From assembly GCF_001194135.2 (NCBI RefSeq), contig NC_069001.1, positions 29,287,351-29,321,523 on the forward strand: DNA of 34,173 nt. The letters run 5' to 3'. The DNA is from Octopus bimaculoides (Eukaryota). Shown here piece by piece: positions 34,140-34,173 of the stretch (position 1 is its first letter; every line of letters starts with the position of its first letter). A program made the translations under genes and the position numbers. A model generated the notes under the pieces. That model made no database searches, was not told the origin of the DNA, and saw only the letters and a program-made list of their open reading frames with translations.

Positions 34140-34173
<34 letters not shown>

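Noticed and set aside
1-34173. CRISPR arrays, operons or other prokaryotic systems
   Set aside because: The sequence is eukaryotic and repeat-rich; no spaced direct repeats of constant length.

Overview
AT-rich, repeat-dense eukaryotic genomic DNA with about 4.2 kb of N in 9 assembly gaps, most flanked by (TA)n arrays. The SINE families and microsatellite load look like an octopus (coleoid cephalopod) genome; this is an inference from recalled repeat families, not a search. No long protein-coding ORF is present, and nearly all ORF-track entries are microsatellite, gap or low-complexity artefacts. Supported content: (i) at least two multi-copy tRNA-derived SINE families; (ii) a 373-bp internally deleted Tc1/mariner element with 63-bp TIRs; (iii) three decayed restriction-like-endonuclease (RLE) non-LTR retrotransposon fragments, two R4/Dong-like and one HERO-like, all on the minus strand; (iv) many microsatellites; (v) a tentative chain of short plus-strand exons of an unidentified gene, suggesting most of the window is intronic. 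The most interesting signal is two unrelated short repeat families carrying minimal type I hammerhead ribozyme folds with palindromic stem III (Penelope/retrozyme-like). One is fused to a tRNA-derived Pol III head (6442-6705, minus). The other has a non-canonical CUGUUGA core and occurs twice (5620-5656 plus; about 28482-28515 minus, decayed).
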